From: Felis catus
Taxonomy: Eukaryota
NCBI RefSeq assembly: GCF_018350175.1
Contig: NC_058368.1
Location: 45,572,001 to 45,636,000, forward strand
Length of the DNA stretch: 64,000 bases
Reading direction: 5' to 3'
Shown one piece after another: positions 63,775 through 64,000 of the stretch. Position numbers and translations under genes: made by a program. Below the pieces are notes generated by a model. That model had not been told where the DNA came from. It was given only the letters and a program-made list of their open reading frames with translations, and ran no database searches. Every line of letters starts with the position of its first letter. Positions within the stretch are counted from its first letter, which is position 1.

Positions 63775-63900
63775 CTGTCTCATCATTAGACATTATGTTA
63801 CTTCGGAAAGGGACTAAGCCATCCATCTATACATTGCTACCTTCTAATCGAAGCATGTAAAAGATACACAATTCATATTCATTCATTAATGACTAAATAG
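63500..63900 (+). mobile_element. L2 3' end, decayed, containing (TG)n at 63736-63772
   Basis: CATGCTACTTCTTATTCCTGGAAGTCCCTCC...TCTGTCTCATCATTAGAC...AAAGGGACT follows the L2 3' motif order. Confidence 0.55.
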
Positions 63901-64000
63901 AAGAAATAAATTTTAACTACTAATGTTAACACAATTAAAGAGATTTATCCATTCATTTCAAATAATAGTGTGGGTTTCTACCATGTTCCAGATAAATGTC

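Noticed and set aside
1..64000. The supplied short ORFs as protein-coding genes
   Set aside because: All are 111 aa or less with no recognisable family. Those starting MAQSVK.../MAWSVK... and ORFs 45331-45615 and 45395-45646 are SINE read-through; others overlap L1 or microsatellites.
1..64000. Scattered AP-1 heptamers (TGACTCA/TGAGTCA)
   Set aside because: About a dozen in 64 kb is roughly what chance gives for a 7-mer on two strands.
1..64000. tRNA genes, CRISPR arrays or a CpG-island promoter
   Set aside because: tRNA-like A/B boxes occur only in SINE heads; no regularly spaced direct repeats with unique spacers exist; CpG-dense patches are confined to young SINEs.

Overview
AT-rich, non-coding mammalian genomic DNA from a felid, most likely the domestic cat or a close relative. 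The basis is about 24 tRNA-derived CAN-SINEs of the feline type, four of them from a very young subfamily. I recognise no protein-coding gene, RNA gene, CpG island or prokaryotic system; the supplied ORFs are chance ORFs or read through SINE/L1 remnants. The window looks like a large intron or gene desert. It is a mosaic of old repeats (MIR, L2, L3/CR1, L1M, MLT1, LTR16, MER21 and several MER DNA transposons), microsatellites and several kb-long stretches with no recognisable repeat. Repeat family names come from my recall of consensus sequences, not from a database search, and boundaries of old repeats are approximate. I found no convincing new biological system. The best leads are a Sox-Oct composite element with neighbouring STAT/KLF/TCF/ESRR-like motifs (50.5-51.0 kb), a pair of closely spaced frame-compatible candidate exons (41.9-42.1 kb), a strong CTCF motif (8.7 kb) and a nested inverted SINE-in-SINE insertion (7.5-7.9 kb).
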